A stretch of 64,000 nucleotides of DNA from an uncultured Gammaproteobacteria bacterium (GTDB lineage Bacteria > Patescibacteriota > Patescibacteriia > UBA9570 > XYC2-FULL-38-9). The notes beneath the pieces are model-generated. The model was not told the origin of the DNA, did not search any database, and saw only the letters and a list, made by a program, of their open reading frames with translations. Numbering within the stretch: position 1 is the first letter of the stretch; every line of letters begins with the position of its first letter. The stretch is taken from contig CAYFNF010000001.1 of assembly GCA_964344485.1 (NCBI GenBank), positions 18,335 through 82,334 of the forward strand. The letters run 5' to 3'. The translations under genes were made by a program, and so were the position numbers. Of the stretch, positions 56,661 to 64,000 are shown piece after piece.

Positions 56661-59618
56661 ATGAAACAAATACAAATCCGTGCTTTTTTTGTATGGACTC
56701 CTCAGCGAGTAATCACAAGTGTCGCGGCACTCGTACTGCTCGTTTTTATAATTTCATCGGTTTCTAGTACTGCACAAACCGCAGAGACGCCAAGCACTGA
56801 CGTTCCTGTCACGCCAACAGCCATTGAACAAGTAGAAGATGAGTTAATCGTGAAGTACACCGAAGGAAGCGAGCCAGAGAGTAGTGCGAACCAGCATGCT
56901 GGCCTGTCCATCGCCTCAATAGATCAAGAACAGACTCAAGAGATAGGAAACACTGGATATTGGAAGCAGCAAGTTCCAGAAGGCCAAACGGTTGAACAAG
57001 CAATCGAAGAGTTAGAACAAGATCCAACCGTAGAGTCTGCAGAACCAAATAGAATTCGCCGCATGACCGTTACCCCGGACGATACCTACCTCTCCCTTCA
57101 ATTACATTTACTGGATGCTGCAGGCGGTATCGATGCATATGATGCTTGGGACATCGGCACAGGTTCTTCGGATGTCGTTGTAGCAGTTATTGACACTGGA
57201 GTAGACACGGACCATGAAGATCTTGCTGCTAATATGTGGACCAACACCGGCGAGATCGCGAGTAACGGTATAGATGACGACGGAAACGGGTATGTAGATG
57301 ATGTGTATGGATATGACTTTGTAGATGATGACAACGATCCAAATCCATCACCGAACGGTTTGGATGATGATGACTACGGAGGTGCGGACACTGGAATTAC
57401 GCACGGAACCCATGTAGCTGGTATTGTTGCTGCAGTTGGAAACAACACCACTGGTGTTACGGGTGTAGCGTGGACTGCTTCTATTATGGCGCTGCAAGTA
57501 TTAGATGATGAAGGGATTGGTGCAGACGCTGATATCTCTGAAGCAGTAGAGTACGCAGCTGACAACGGCGCTGACATCATTCAAATGAGTCTCGGCGGAT
57601 ATGGTTCTACTTCGGTCCTTGAAGACGCTATTGAGTACGCTGCAGGCAAGGGCGTTCCAATTATCGCTGCTACTGGAAACGACGGAATAAATATCAATAA
57701 CGATCCGTTCTACCCTGCGTGTTATGATGACGTGCTCGGAGTTGCTTCTGTTGATGCAAATGATGCCGCGTCATACTTTACCAATTACGGAACGAACTGT
57801 GCGGACTTGAGTGCACCAGGAGAGTTTGTTCTCTCTACACTGTATACTGATGATGCAACGTACGGATTCACTACAGACTATGACTACATGTCTGGAACTT
57901 CCATGGCAACACCGAGTGTAAGTGGCGTAGCTGCATTAATCCTTGGTCAAGATGACACCATTGAACGAGATGACCTGTACAGCATTATTACATCCACCAC
58001 CGAAGACGTTGGGCTAGCAGCAAAATACGGAAGCGGACGTTTAGACGCAGAAGCTGCATTGCTCGGCATGGACATCGCTTCGTATCCATCTACTCCAGGA
58101 AATCTACAAGCATACGGCGGCTCCAGCAAAGGCACGGAATACGAAGACGGAGATCGTACAACTGACACCACGCCGTACTTTACTTGGGATGCTTCAACTG
58201 ACGATGTTGCAGTGACTGGGTACTATGTCTATTTTGGAACAGATAATGCTGCTGATCCGGAAACCGCAGGAACGCTCCAAACTGAACGAACGTATGAGCC
58301 AACCGTGAGCGAAGGGAATGAAGTGTCGTACCACTTGCGCATAAAAGCAACGGACGATGAGGGAAACACATCACTCACTGCTGCGTCGTTTGAGTATATT
58401 GTTGACACCACGGTCACAAAACCGAAAAAAGTAACAGCCACTAGAACATCTAATGGAGTGAAAGTCACATGGAAAAAAGTCACGGGCGAGCATGTAAATA
58501 AATATAAAGTGTTGCGCAAGAATCTTTCAAAGAAGAAGGGGAAGTATAAAGTGATCAAGTCCCTAAAGAGCAGCAAGACGCAGTATATTGATAAAAGCGT
58601 GAAGCCGAATAAAACGTATCGATACAAGGTACGTGCAGTCGATGACTTAAAGAACAAGAAAGTCTCTAAGAATAAGAAGGTGACGTTCTACCCACGTGAT
58701 CGTTTGGTCGTTACTGCAGGAGACGGCGGCGGCCCAGTAGTTGGAATTTATAACGTCAAGACCAAGGAATGGGAGCAAGCGTGGTATGCGTTTAAGAAGA
58801 GCAGCTACTTCGGGTTGGAAGTTGCAGTTGGGAACTTTGATAAGGACTCTAAAGATGAAATAGTCACAGCACCAACCAGCGGTAGCTCAAAAGTACGCAT
58901 CCTTGAAGCAGGCGGTAAAAAGAAGAAGACATTTTATGCATATGGGAAGGATTTCACCGGAGGCGTCCGAGTTGCAGCTGGAGACGTGGATAATGACGGA
59001 GTAGATGAGATTATCACTGCACCAGGACCAGGAGGCGGACCGCATATAAAAGTATTTGAAAAGAACGGCAAGCTAAAATGGGACTGGATGGCGCTGGACG
59101 GTGCATTCACTGGCGGTGCGTTTGTCACTGCAGTGAATTGGGATGGAAAAGGCCGTGATGAAATTGCAGTCTCTGCTGGTGAAGGTGGCGGCCCAACAGT
59201 CTATATCTACAACCCCAAAACCGGTGCACGCATTACATCCTTTACTCCATACGCGTCAGAGTTTACCGGAGGCGTCCGAGTTGCAACATCACGCTTAAAG
59301 AACGAGACCAAAGAAGCAGTAGTGACTGTTCCGGAGTCTGGTGCTACTCAAGTGCAGAAATATAAGAAAAAAGGAAGCTCAGCAAAGAAGGTAAACGGCG
59401 GTTTCTACGCATTTGTTCAGACGTATACTGAAGGTGGAATTGTTGCTGCAGGTGATTTGTATCAAAAGAATAAGGATAACTTGATGATCGGCAGTAACGG
59501 AGTGCGCATGTCTACTGTCCAGATCTATAATAATACTGGAAAGACTTTAAAAAAGACGCTCTATCCATTTGGGTCGTACTACGGAGCAGTGCACGTAGCG
59601 TCTGGGTGGGTCTACTAA
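56661..59618 (+). CDS. Subtilisin-like (S8) serine protease with Fn3-like and FG-GAP/VCBS repeat C-terminal region
   Basis: Catalytic triad motifs (VAVIDTGVD, HGTHVAG, GTSMATP); signal anchor; repeated GDVDNDGVDEIITAPGPGGGP units. Confidence 0.85.
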   Translation: MKQIQIRAFFVWTPQRVITSVAALVLLVFIISSVSSTAQTAETPSTDVPVTPTAIEQVEDELIVKYTEGSEPESSANQHAGLSIASIDQEQTQEIGNTGYWKQQVPEGQTVEQAIEELEQDPTVESAEPNRIRRMTVTPDDTYLSLQLHLLDAAGGIDAYDAWDIGTGSSDVVVAVIDTGVDTDHEDLAANMWTNTGEIASNGIDDDGNGYVDDVYGYDFVDDDNDPNPSPNGLDDDDYGGADTGITHGTHVAGIVAAVGNNTTGVTGVAWTASIMALQVLDDEGIGADADISEAVEYAADNGADIIQMSLGGYGSTSVLEDAIEYAAGKGVPIIAATGNDGININNDPFYPACYDDVLGVASVDANDAASYFTNYGTNCADLSAPGEFVLSTLYTDDATYGFTTDYDYMSGTSMATPSVSGVAALILGQDDTIERDDLYSIITSTTEDVGLAAKYGSGRLDAEAALLGMDIASYPSTPGNLQAYGGSSKGTEYEDGDRTTDTTPYFTWDASTDDVAVTGYYVYFGTDNAADPETAGTLQTERTYEPTVSEGNEVSYHLRIKATDDEGNTSLTAASFEYIVDTTVTKPKKVTATRTSNGVKVTWKKVTGEHVNKYKVLRKNLSKKKGKYKVIKSLKSSKTQYIDKSVKPNKTYRYKVRAVDDLKNKKVSKNKKVTFYPRDRLVVTAGDGGGPVVGIYNVKTKEWEQAWYAFKKSSYFGLEVAVGNFDKDSKDEIVTAPTSGSSKVRILEAGGKKKKTFYAYGKDFTGGVRVAAGDVDNDGVDEIITAPGPGGGPHIKVFEKNGKLKWDWMALDGAFTGGAFVTAVNWDGKGRDEIAVSAGEGGGPTVYIYNPKTGARITSFTPYASEFTGGVRVATSRLKNETKEAVVTVPESGATQVQKYKKKGSSAKKVNGGFYAFVQTYTEGGIVAAGDLYQKNKDNLMIGSNGVRMSTVQIYNNTGKTLKKTLYPFGSYYGAVHVASGWVY

Positions 59619-59622
59619 TGAT

Positions 59623-60570
59623 ATGTCTATGACTCTGTGGCAACTCGTACTCGTGTTTGGCGGAAGCATCTATGTGCTAGTAAAAGCCGCGGGTATGTTC
59701 ACGAAATCTGCTGAAAAGATCGGGCGTGCATTGAATATGCCGAATTTTATTATTGGTACTGTCATTGTTGCCATTGGTACATCCGCTCCAGAAGCGCTGA
59801 CTTCTATTTTCGGTACTACTGCTGGAGAAGAACAGTTCTTAGCTGGAAACGTCATTGGTACGGTGTTGGCGAATACGTTACTCGGATTAGGAATCGCTGT
59901 GTTGTTAACTAAAAAGATTGTTCGCTTTGATTGGGATTTGATCTCTAACGATCTGCCGATCTTTTTTGCTGCAGCGATATTTCTTGCGGTCATGCTCATT
60001 GACGGACAGTTCACGACCACGGAAGCGATCATTATGTTCTTGGGGTACGGTGTGTATCTGATGTATGCCTATCGCATGCATCGTGTACATCAAGATGAGT
60101 TTAAGCTTGAACGCAAACGGAAGCTTTCGATAAAGATGGTGTTAATGTTTATACTCTCTTTAGCTATTCTGTTTTTTGCATCTAAGATAGTAGTGGATTC
60201 GATTGTGGAGATCTCTCATATGATCGGAGTGGGCTCTTCTGTGCTTGCCGCATCTGCAGTTGCGCTTGGTACGTCGCTGCCAGAAATTCTCGTCGCGACC
60301 ATTGCAGTGCGCAATGGAAATATGGACTTGGCGCTGGGTGACATAGTAGGGTCGAATATCTTTGACTTGTTTGTGATTTTCGGAGTTGGTGGTTTGATCT
60401 CTACGCTCTCAATTAGTCAGACCATGCTGTCGTTCTCACTGCCGTTACTCCTGGGCACCATAGTCTTATTGTGGCTCGTTCTTATTGATAAGAAGTTTAC
60501 AAAAACAGAGGCAGCGTTGTTCTTGTTGGTCTACGTCTTGTTTATTGGCAAATTGTTTTACTTTATATAA
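59623..60570 (+). CDS. CaCA-family Na+/Ca2+ antiporter (YrbG-like)
   Basis: Two alpha-repeats, GTSAPEALTS and GTSLPEILVA. Confidence 0.75.
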   Translation: MSMTLWQLVLVFGGSIYVLVKAAGMFTKSAEKIGRALNMPNFIIGTVIVAIGTSAPEALTSIFGTTAGEEQFLAGNVIGTVLANTLLGLGIAVLLTKKIVRFDWDLISNDLPIFFAAAIFLAVMLIDGQFTTTEAIIMFLGYGVYLMYAYRMHRVHQDEFKLERKRKLSIKMVLMFILSLAILFFASKIVVDSIVEISHMIGVGSSVLAASAVALGTSLPEILVATIAVRNGNMDLALGDIVGSNIFDLFVIFGVGGLISTLSISQTMLSFSLPLLLGTIVLLWLVLIDKKFTKTEAALFLLVYVLFIGKLFYFI

Positions 60571-60579
60571 AATACCTGT

Positions 60580-61020
60580 ATGGAATTACAACTGATTGTT
60601 ATAGGAAAAATTTTACTTTCATCGATTCTTGGTGCGATTGTTGGATATGAGCGATGGCATGAGCATAAGGAAGCAGGCATCCGAACGCATGCGCTGGTTG
60701 CTATGGGCGCAACGTTATTCACCCTAATCTCTTTATATGGTTTTGAAGGTCTAGTGGACATGAGTCGTGTTGAGCACTCCCGTATTATGTCGCAGGTGGT
60801 TACTGGCGTTGGGTTTTTAGGTGCAGGTATGATTATCTTCCGCGGACATCGTGTACACGGGTTGACCACAGCTGCTGGCCTATGGGTCTGTGCAGCAGTG
60901 GGAATGGCTGTGGGTGTGGGGTGGTACGCAGCAGCAGCAGCAGGCACTATCATCATGTTGTTGTTTCTACATCTTATTGGTAGATTATTTCCAAAGGAGG
61001 ATTTTGACAGTGAAGATTAA
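60580..61020 (+). CDS. MgtC/SapB-family membrane protein
   Basis: ILGAIVGYERWHEHKEAGIRTHALVAMGATLFTLIS core. Confidence 0.8.
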   Translation: MELQLIVIGKILLSSILGAIVGYERWHEHKEAGIRTHALVAMGATLFTLISLYGFEGLVDMSRVEHSRIMSQVVTGVGFLGAGMIIFRGHRVHGLTTAAGLWVCAAVGMAVGVGWYAAAAAGTIIMLLFLHLIGRLFPKEDFDSED

Positions 61021-61025
61021 CCGTC

Positions 61026-62333
61026 GTGAAAGAACTCATTAAAAAAATTATTCCCGAACCACTACTCTCTCTGTATCATAAGACGCTCGCAATTATTGCG
61101 GCGTTTTGGTATCGCCACCCATCTCGGGAGATGATCGTTATTGGAGTAACTGGCACCAAGGGTAAGTCTACGACATCAAACATCATCTGGAAGTTGTTGA
61201 CTGATGAAGGGTATACTGTTGGTCTGACTGGGACTATAAATGTCCGCGTTGGTAAGAAGAATACACTTTCAACCAACAAGATGACTATGGTTGGGCGGTT
61301 TCAGATGCAGAAGTTACTGCGTGAGATGGTGAAAGCTGGATGTACAGCAGCAGTGATCGAAACCACATCCGAAGGGATAAAACAGTGGCGACACTACGGA
61401 ATACAGTATGACATCGGTGTGTTTACCAATTTAACACCAGAGCACTTAGATGCGCACGGTGGATTTGAAAACTACAAGAAAGCAAAGCTACAGCTGTTTG
61501 AACATATTGCGCGCAGCCCCAAGAAGGTGATTTCTGGCCAAGAAGTGGCACGGGCGTCAGTAGTGTTTATGGACTCTGAGCACGGAAAGGACTTTGCTGC
61601 TGTAGGTGACTATAACAAAGTTTCAGTTGGAAGCGGGCAAGACGTTGATGTGCAGATCTCTGAGGTGCAATCTACGACTTCTGGAACCACATTTGCGTTG
61701 AATCAGTTAAGCGCGTTTATACCGTTACTTGGAGAGTGGAACGCCATGAACGCTGCGATGGCTGTGGGCGTGGGCACGGTTCTGGACGTTTCTTTAGAGC
61801 ATATGGTGAAGTCATTGAAGACTATAGAACAAGTTCCAGGCCGTATGGAGTTTGTAGATGCAGGGCAGCCGTTCTCTGTGATTGTGGACTATGCATATGA
61901 AACCGTCAGCTTATCCTTATTGTATGAATTCTGCCGCAAGTTGATTGACCCAGGTCGACGCATGATTACATTAATGAGCTCGACTGGAGGAGGGCGTGAT
62001 ATTGGACGTCGTTCAACAAACGGAGCAGTAGCTGCAAAGTATTGTGACTACGTGATCGTGACAGATGAAGATCCGTATGATGATGACCCGCAAGAGATTA
62101 TCGATCAAGTTGCTGAAGGTGCAAAAGAGGCCGGGAAAGAAGAAGGAAAAAATATGTGGAAAGTTCTAGATCGGCGAGAGGCGATAAAGAAAGCATGCTC
62201 TCTTGCACAATCTGGAGACCTGGTGATTCTAACGTGCAAAGGAGCGGAACAGAAGATGTGCGTGAAAGGTGGGAAGAAGATCGACTGGGATGATCGCGAG
62301 GTTGCTCGAGAGATTATTAACGGAATGAAATAA
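61026..62333 (+). CDS. Mur-ligase-family protein (MurE/MurF/MurT-like)
   Basis: VIGVTGTKGKSTTS P-loop and central-domain features; ~435 aa. Confidence 0.65.
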   Translation: MKELIKKIIPEPLLSLYHKTLAIIAAFWYRHPSREMIVIGVTGTKGKSTTSNIIWKLLTDEGYTVGLTGTINVRVGKKNTLSTNKMTMVGRFQMQKLLREMVKAGCTAAVIETTSEGIKQWRHYGIQYDIGVFTNLTPEHLDAHGGFENYKKAKLQLFEHIARSPKKVISGQEVARASVVFMDSEHGKDFAAVGDYNKVSVGSGQDVDVQISEVQSTTSGTTFALNQLSAFIPLLGEWNAMNAAMAVGVGTVLDVSLEHMVKSLKTIEQVPGRMEFVDAGQPFSVIVDYAYETVSLSLLYEFCRKLIDPGRRMITLMSSTGGGRDIGRRSTNGAVAAKYCDYVIVTDEDPYDDDPQEIIDQVAEGAKEAGKEEGKNMWKVLDRREAIKKACSLAQSGDLVILTCKGAEQKMCVKGGKKIDWDDREVAREIINGMK

Positions 62334-63562
62334 TGGTTATGAGATCAGCGCGTCGAACACCGGCACCAGAGCCACGACGTCGAACTACTCCACCGAGAAA
62401 ACGCCCTGACGTGGAGGAGCAACTCCAGCTGTTTGAACAGCGGTTGCCAGGGGAGAATGCAGAGCAGTTGCGAGGGATTGCGGCACGGGTGCAAGAGTTG
62501 CGTGCAGTACATCCGCCTCGTGATATGGTGGAGTTGAATACACCGACTGATACTCCAGAACCGTTGCAAGCAAGCGCTGCTGAAGCGCAAACCGCAGAAG
62601 TGGAAGAGCAGCACGTGAAGGGGTCAGAAGCGTTAGAGGATTTTATTGAAAGCGCGCGCAGCCCGCAGGATTATTTCTATTTAGATCGAACCCTCCCTGT
62701 TGAAGAGCTGGAAGAGCGACGACAGGTGCTAGACGAGTTATATCAGCTGTATTTAAACGCATCTGCTGATGAGCGCATGTATATGGAAGAGGCGATTAAT
62801 CGGTTGTTCGGTATTGCGCGGATCTCTGACAAGGCAGCAGCGTACTTAGATTATATCGATGGGCTTGCATCTACTGGAAAGTCTCAAGGAGCAGAGAACC
62901 GGAATCTCATGTTTGTGGACCATACGCAGAAATCGCAAGTTATTAAGATCTCTCTTGAAAGACATGATTTTGATTTCACTTCTATATTGAAATTGATGCG
63001 TGATATGCATGCATTAGCGTTGCACATGAATTCGGATCATGAATTGCCAGACGGCACTCCAGTACATATACGTACCATGATGCACGATATGATGGTCTAT
63101 ATGGACGGGGATTCAAATTATAAACGCATGATGCGACAGGACTTTGCACCTGGCATGCCGATTGGTCAAGTCACTGAAGAGATGCGACAGGATCCACAGT
63201 ATCAGCAAGCATGGAAGCTGTTCTTAGGGCAGGTGGATACTATGAAAGAGCCGCATGGAGTGTTTTTAGACGTCTCTGATTCTAGTAAATCCACACCTGC
63301 GCGTGGGAATGTCGCGAATACAGAGAATGTATTTGTTTATCAATTGCCTGAAGGCGGGTATCTATTTTCAATTGTAGATTTAGATGTGTTTGATGTGCGC
63401 GGAACCGGCGTTCATAAGTTTGATCCTTTAGAGTACGAGTTTCATTCTGAGGCAGCCCCATCATTGCGAAAAAAAGCACGGAAAGTGCGATTAACGAATT
63501 GGTCACGTGATACATTGGTATCGCGATGGCAGGATAACTACTCACAAAAAGAGCAGGAATAA
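62333..63562 (+). CDS. Hypothetical protein (acidic, Arg/Pro-rich N-terminus)
   Basis: ORF only; no motifs recognised. Confidence 0.35.
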   Translation: MVMRSARRTPAPEPRRRTTPPRKRPDVEEQLQLFEQRLPGENAEQLRGIAARVQELRAVHPPRDMVELNTPTDTPEPLQASAAEAQTAEVEEQHVKGSEALEDFIESARSPQDYFYLDRTLPVEELEERRQVLDELYQLYLNASADERMYMEEAINRLFGIARISDKAAAYLDYIDGLASTGKSQGAENRNLMFVDHTQKSQVIKISLERHDFDFTSILKLMRDMHALALHMNSDHELPDGTPVHIRTMMHDMMVYMDGDSNYKRMMRQDFAPGMPIGQVTEEMRQDPQYQQAWKLFLGQVDTMKEPHGVFLDVSDSSKSTPARGNVANTENVFVYQLPEGGYLFSIVDLDVFDVRGTGVHKFDPLEYEFHSEAAPSLRKKARKVRLTNWSRDTLVSRWQDNYSQKEQE

Positions 63563-63578
63563 AAAAAGCAGGAGTAGC

Positions 63579-63878
63579 TCACTCAGTCGTGTGCTTCCTG
63601 CGCTCGGTTTTGCGTCCGAGCTCGTACGCCATGTCGAGCAGGTCGTCCACGGTCTCCCAGATCGGATCCGAGACGCTCATGATCGCGCGGAGCGCATCCA
63701 AGCCTTCTCCGTCGATCTTGTGCCCGTCCAGCTTCACGCAGTGGACCATGGGCTCTCCGTCGTACGTCTGCGACTCGAGGTTTTCCTGGTCGCAACCGGT
63801 GAGCAGGATTTCGTGGAACCCGCCTTGGTCCGTGTGTTCGATCACGGTCAGGGTGTACGTCCATTTCTTTTCGCTCAT
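63579..63878 (-). CDS. Hypothetical protein, high-GC island gene
   Basis: SD GAGGAGGAG before the ATG; high GC. The plus-strand ORFs over the same span are rejected as artefacts. Confidence 0.4.
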   Translation of the reverse strand: MSEKKWTYTLTVIEHTDQGGFHEILLTGCDQENLESQTYDGEPMVHCVKLDGHKIDGEGLDALRAIMSVSDPIWETVDDLLDMAYELGRKTERRKHTTE

Positions 63879-64000
63879 GACTCCTCCTCTGTACGCTGCT
63901 TGCGCATTTTTTTCTCAGCTGCGATGCCGGCCATTGCCGCGGTGGTGACGAACTTGCTGAAGTCGTCGTCCGCGACGTAGAGCCAAGCCACCCTGGTGAG
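63875..64000 (-). CDS. C-terminal end of a further high-GC ORF running off the window (ATGA-coupled to 63579..63878)
   Basis: In-frame translation ...VADDDFSKFVTTAAMAGIAAEKKMRKQRTEEES ends in a TGA that overlaps the next ATG. Confidence 0.3.
   Translation of the reverse strand, partial: LTRVAWLYVADDDFSKFVTTAAMAGIAAEKKMRKQRTEEES

Noticed and set aside
63507-63980. Plus-strand ORFs 63507..63980 and 63589..63948 at the window end
   Set aside because: They overlap the minus-strand genes that carry a strong SD and ATGA coupling; both are Ser/Arg-rich and lie in GC-rich DNA.
1-64000. CRISPR arrays, tRNA/rRNA genes, integrases, transposases or phage structural genes
   Set aside because: Visual scanning of all intergenic regions longer than 40 nt found no repeat-spacer arrays, no tRNA-like T-loop/acceptor patterns, and no recombinase or transposase motifs. 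The high-GC islands are not flanked by an obvious integrase or tRNA.

Overview
The window looks like a low-GC bacterial chromosome segment (by eye roughly 40-47% GC). Genes are tightly packed and often overlap (ATGA junctions). Host promoters are sigma70-like (TTGACA-N17-TAAAAT) and sit so close to the start codons that several mRNAs appear leaderless or near-leaderless, with Shine-Dalgarno motifs weak or absent. Gene content points to a monoderm, possibly Patescibacteria/Saccharibacteria-like organism (low confidence): FemAB, LCP, M23 and S8 peptidases, RuvA/RuvC/YebC, LexA, XseA/XseB, RlmH, GalU, many large GT-C-like membrane proteins, and a tandem array of six VirB2/TrbC-like two-TM pilin paralogs. 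The most unusual host-encoded content is an enrichment of amide-bond-forming ligases: seven ATP-grasp genes and two Mur-ligase genes. These include (i) a PKD+7TM membrane protein translationally coupled to a RimK-related ATP-grasp fused to a retropepsin-like (DTGA) domain, inserted between ruvC and ruvA, and (ii) a cluster of two CphA-G-domain-like ATP-grasps, a RimK-like ATP-grasp, a stand-alone Mur-ligase (CphA M-domain/PgsB-like) and two YheC/D- or TTL-like ATP-grasps, inserted within xseA..xseB and followed by an LCP transferase. Together these suggest a split cyanophycin-synthetase-like poly-amino-acid or peptide-polymer system. Second, at least seven high-GC ORFs (roughly 65-70% GC by eye, strong GGAGG ribosome-binding sites) sit in the low-GC backbone at ~7.8-8.3 kb, ~50.8-53.6 kb, ~54.3-55.7 kb and ~63.56 kb to the window end. 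The ones examined have their own AT-rich host-like promoters or intrinsic terminators. Only the POT-family peptide transporter among them is recognisable; the rest have no family I can name. No rRNA, tRNA, CRISPR array, integrase or transposase was detected. Other points: an in-frame TAG inside a HAD phosphatase gene, a truncated Y-family polymerase remnant downstream of lexA with a candidate direct-repeat LexA operator, and a 5' leader with mutually exclusive hairpins upstream of a GT-C gene.
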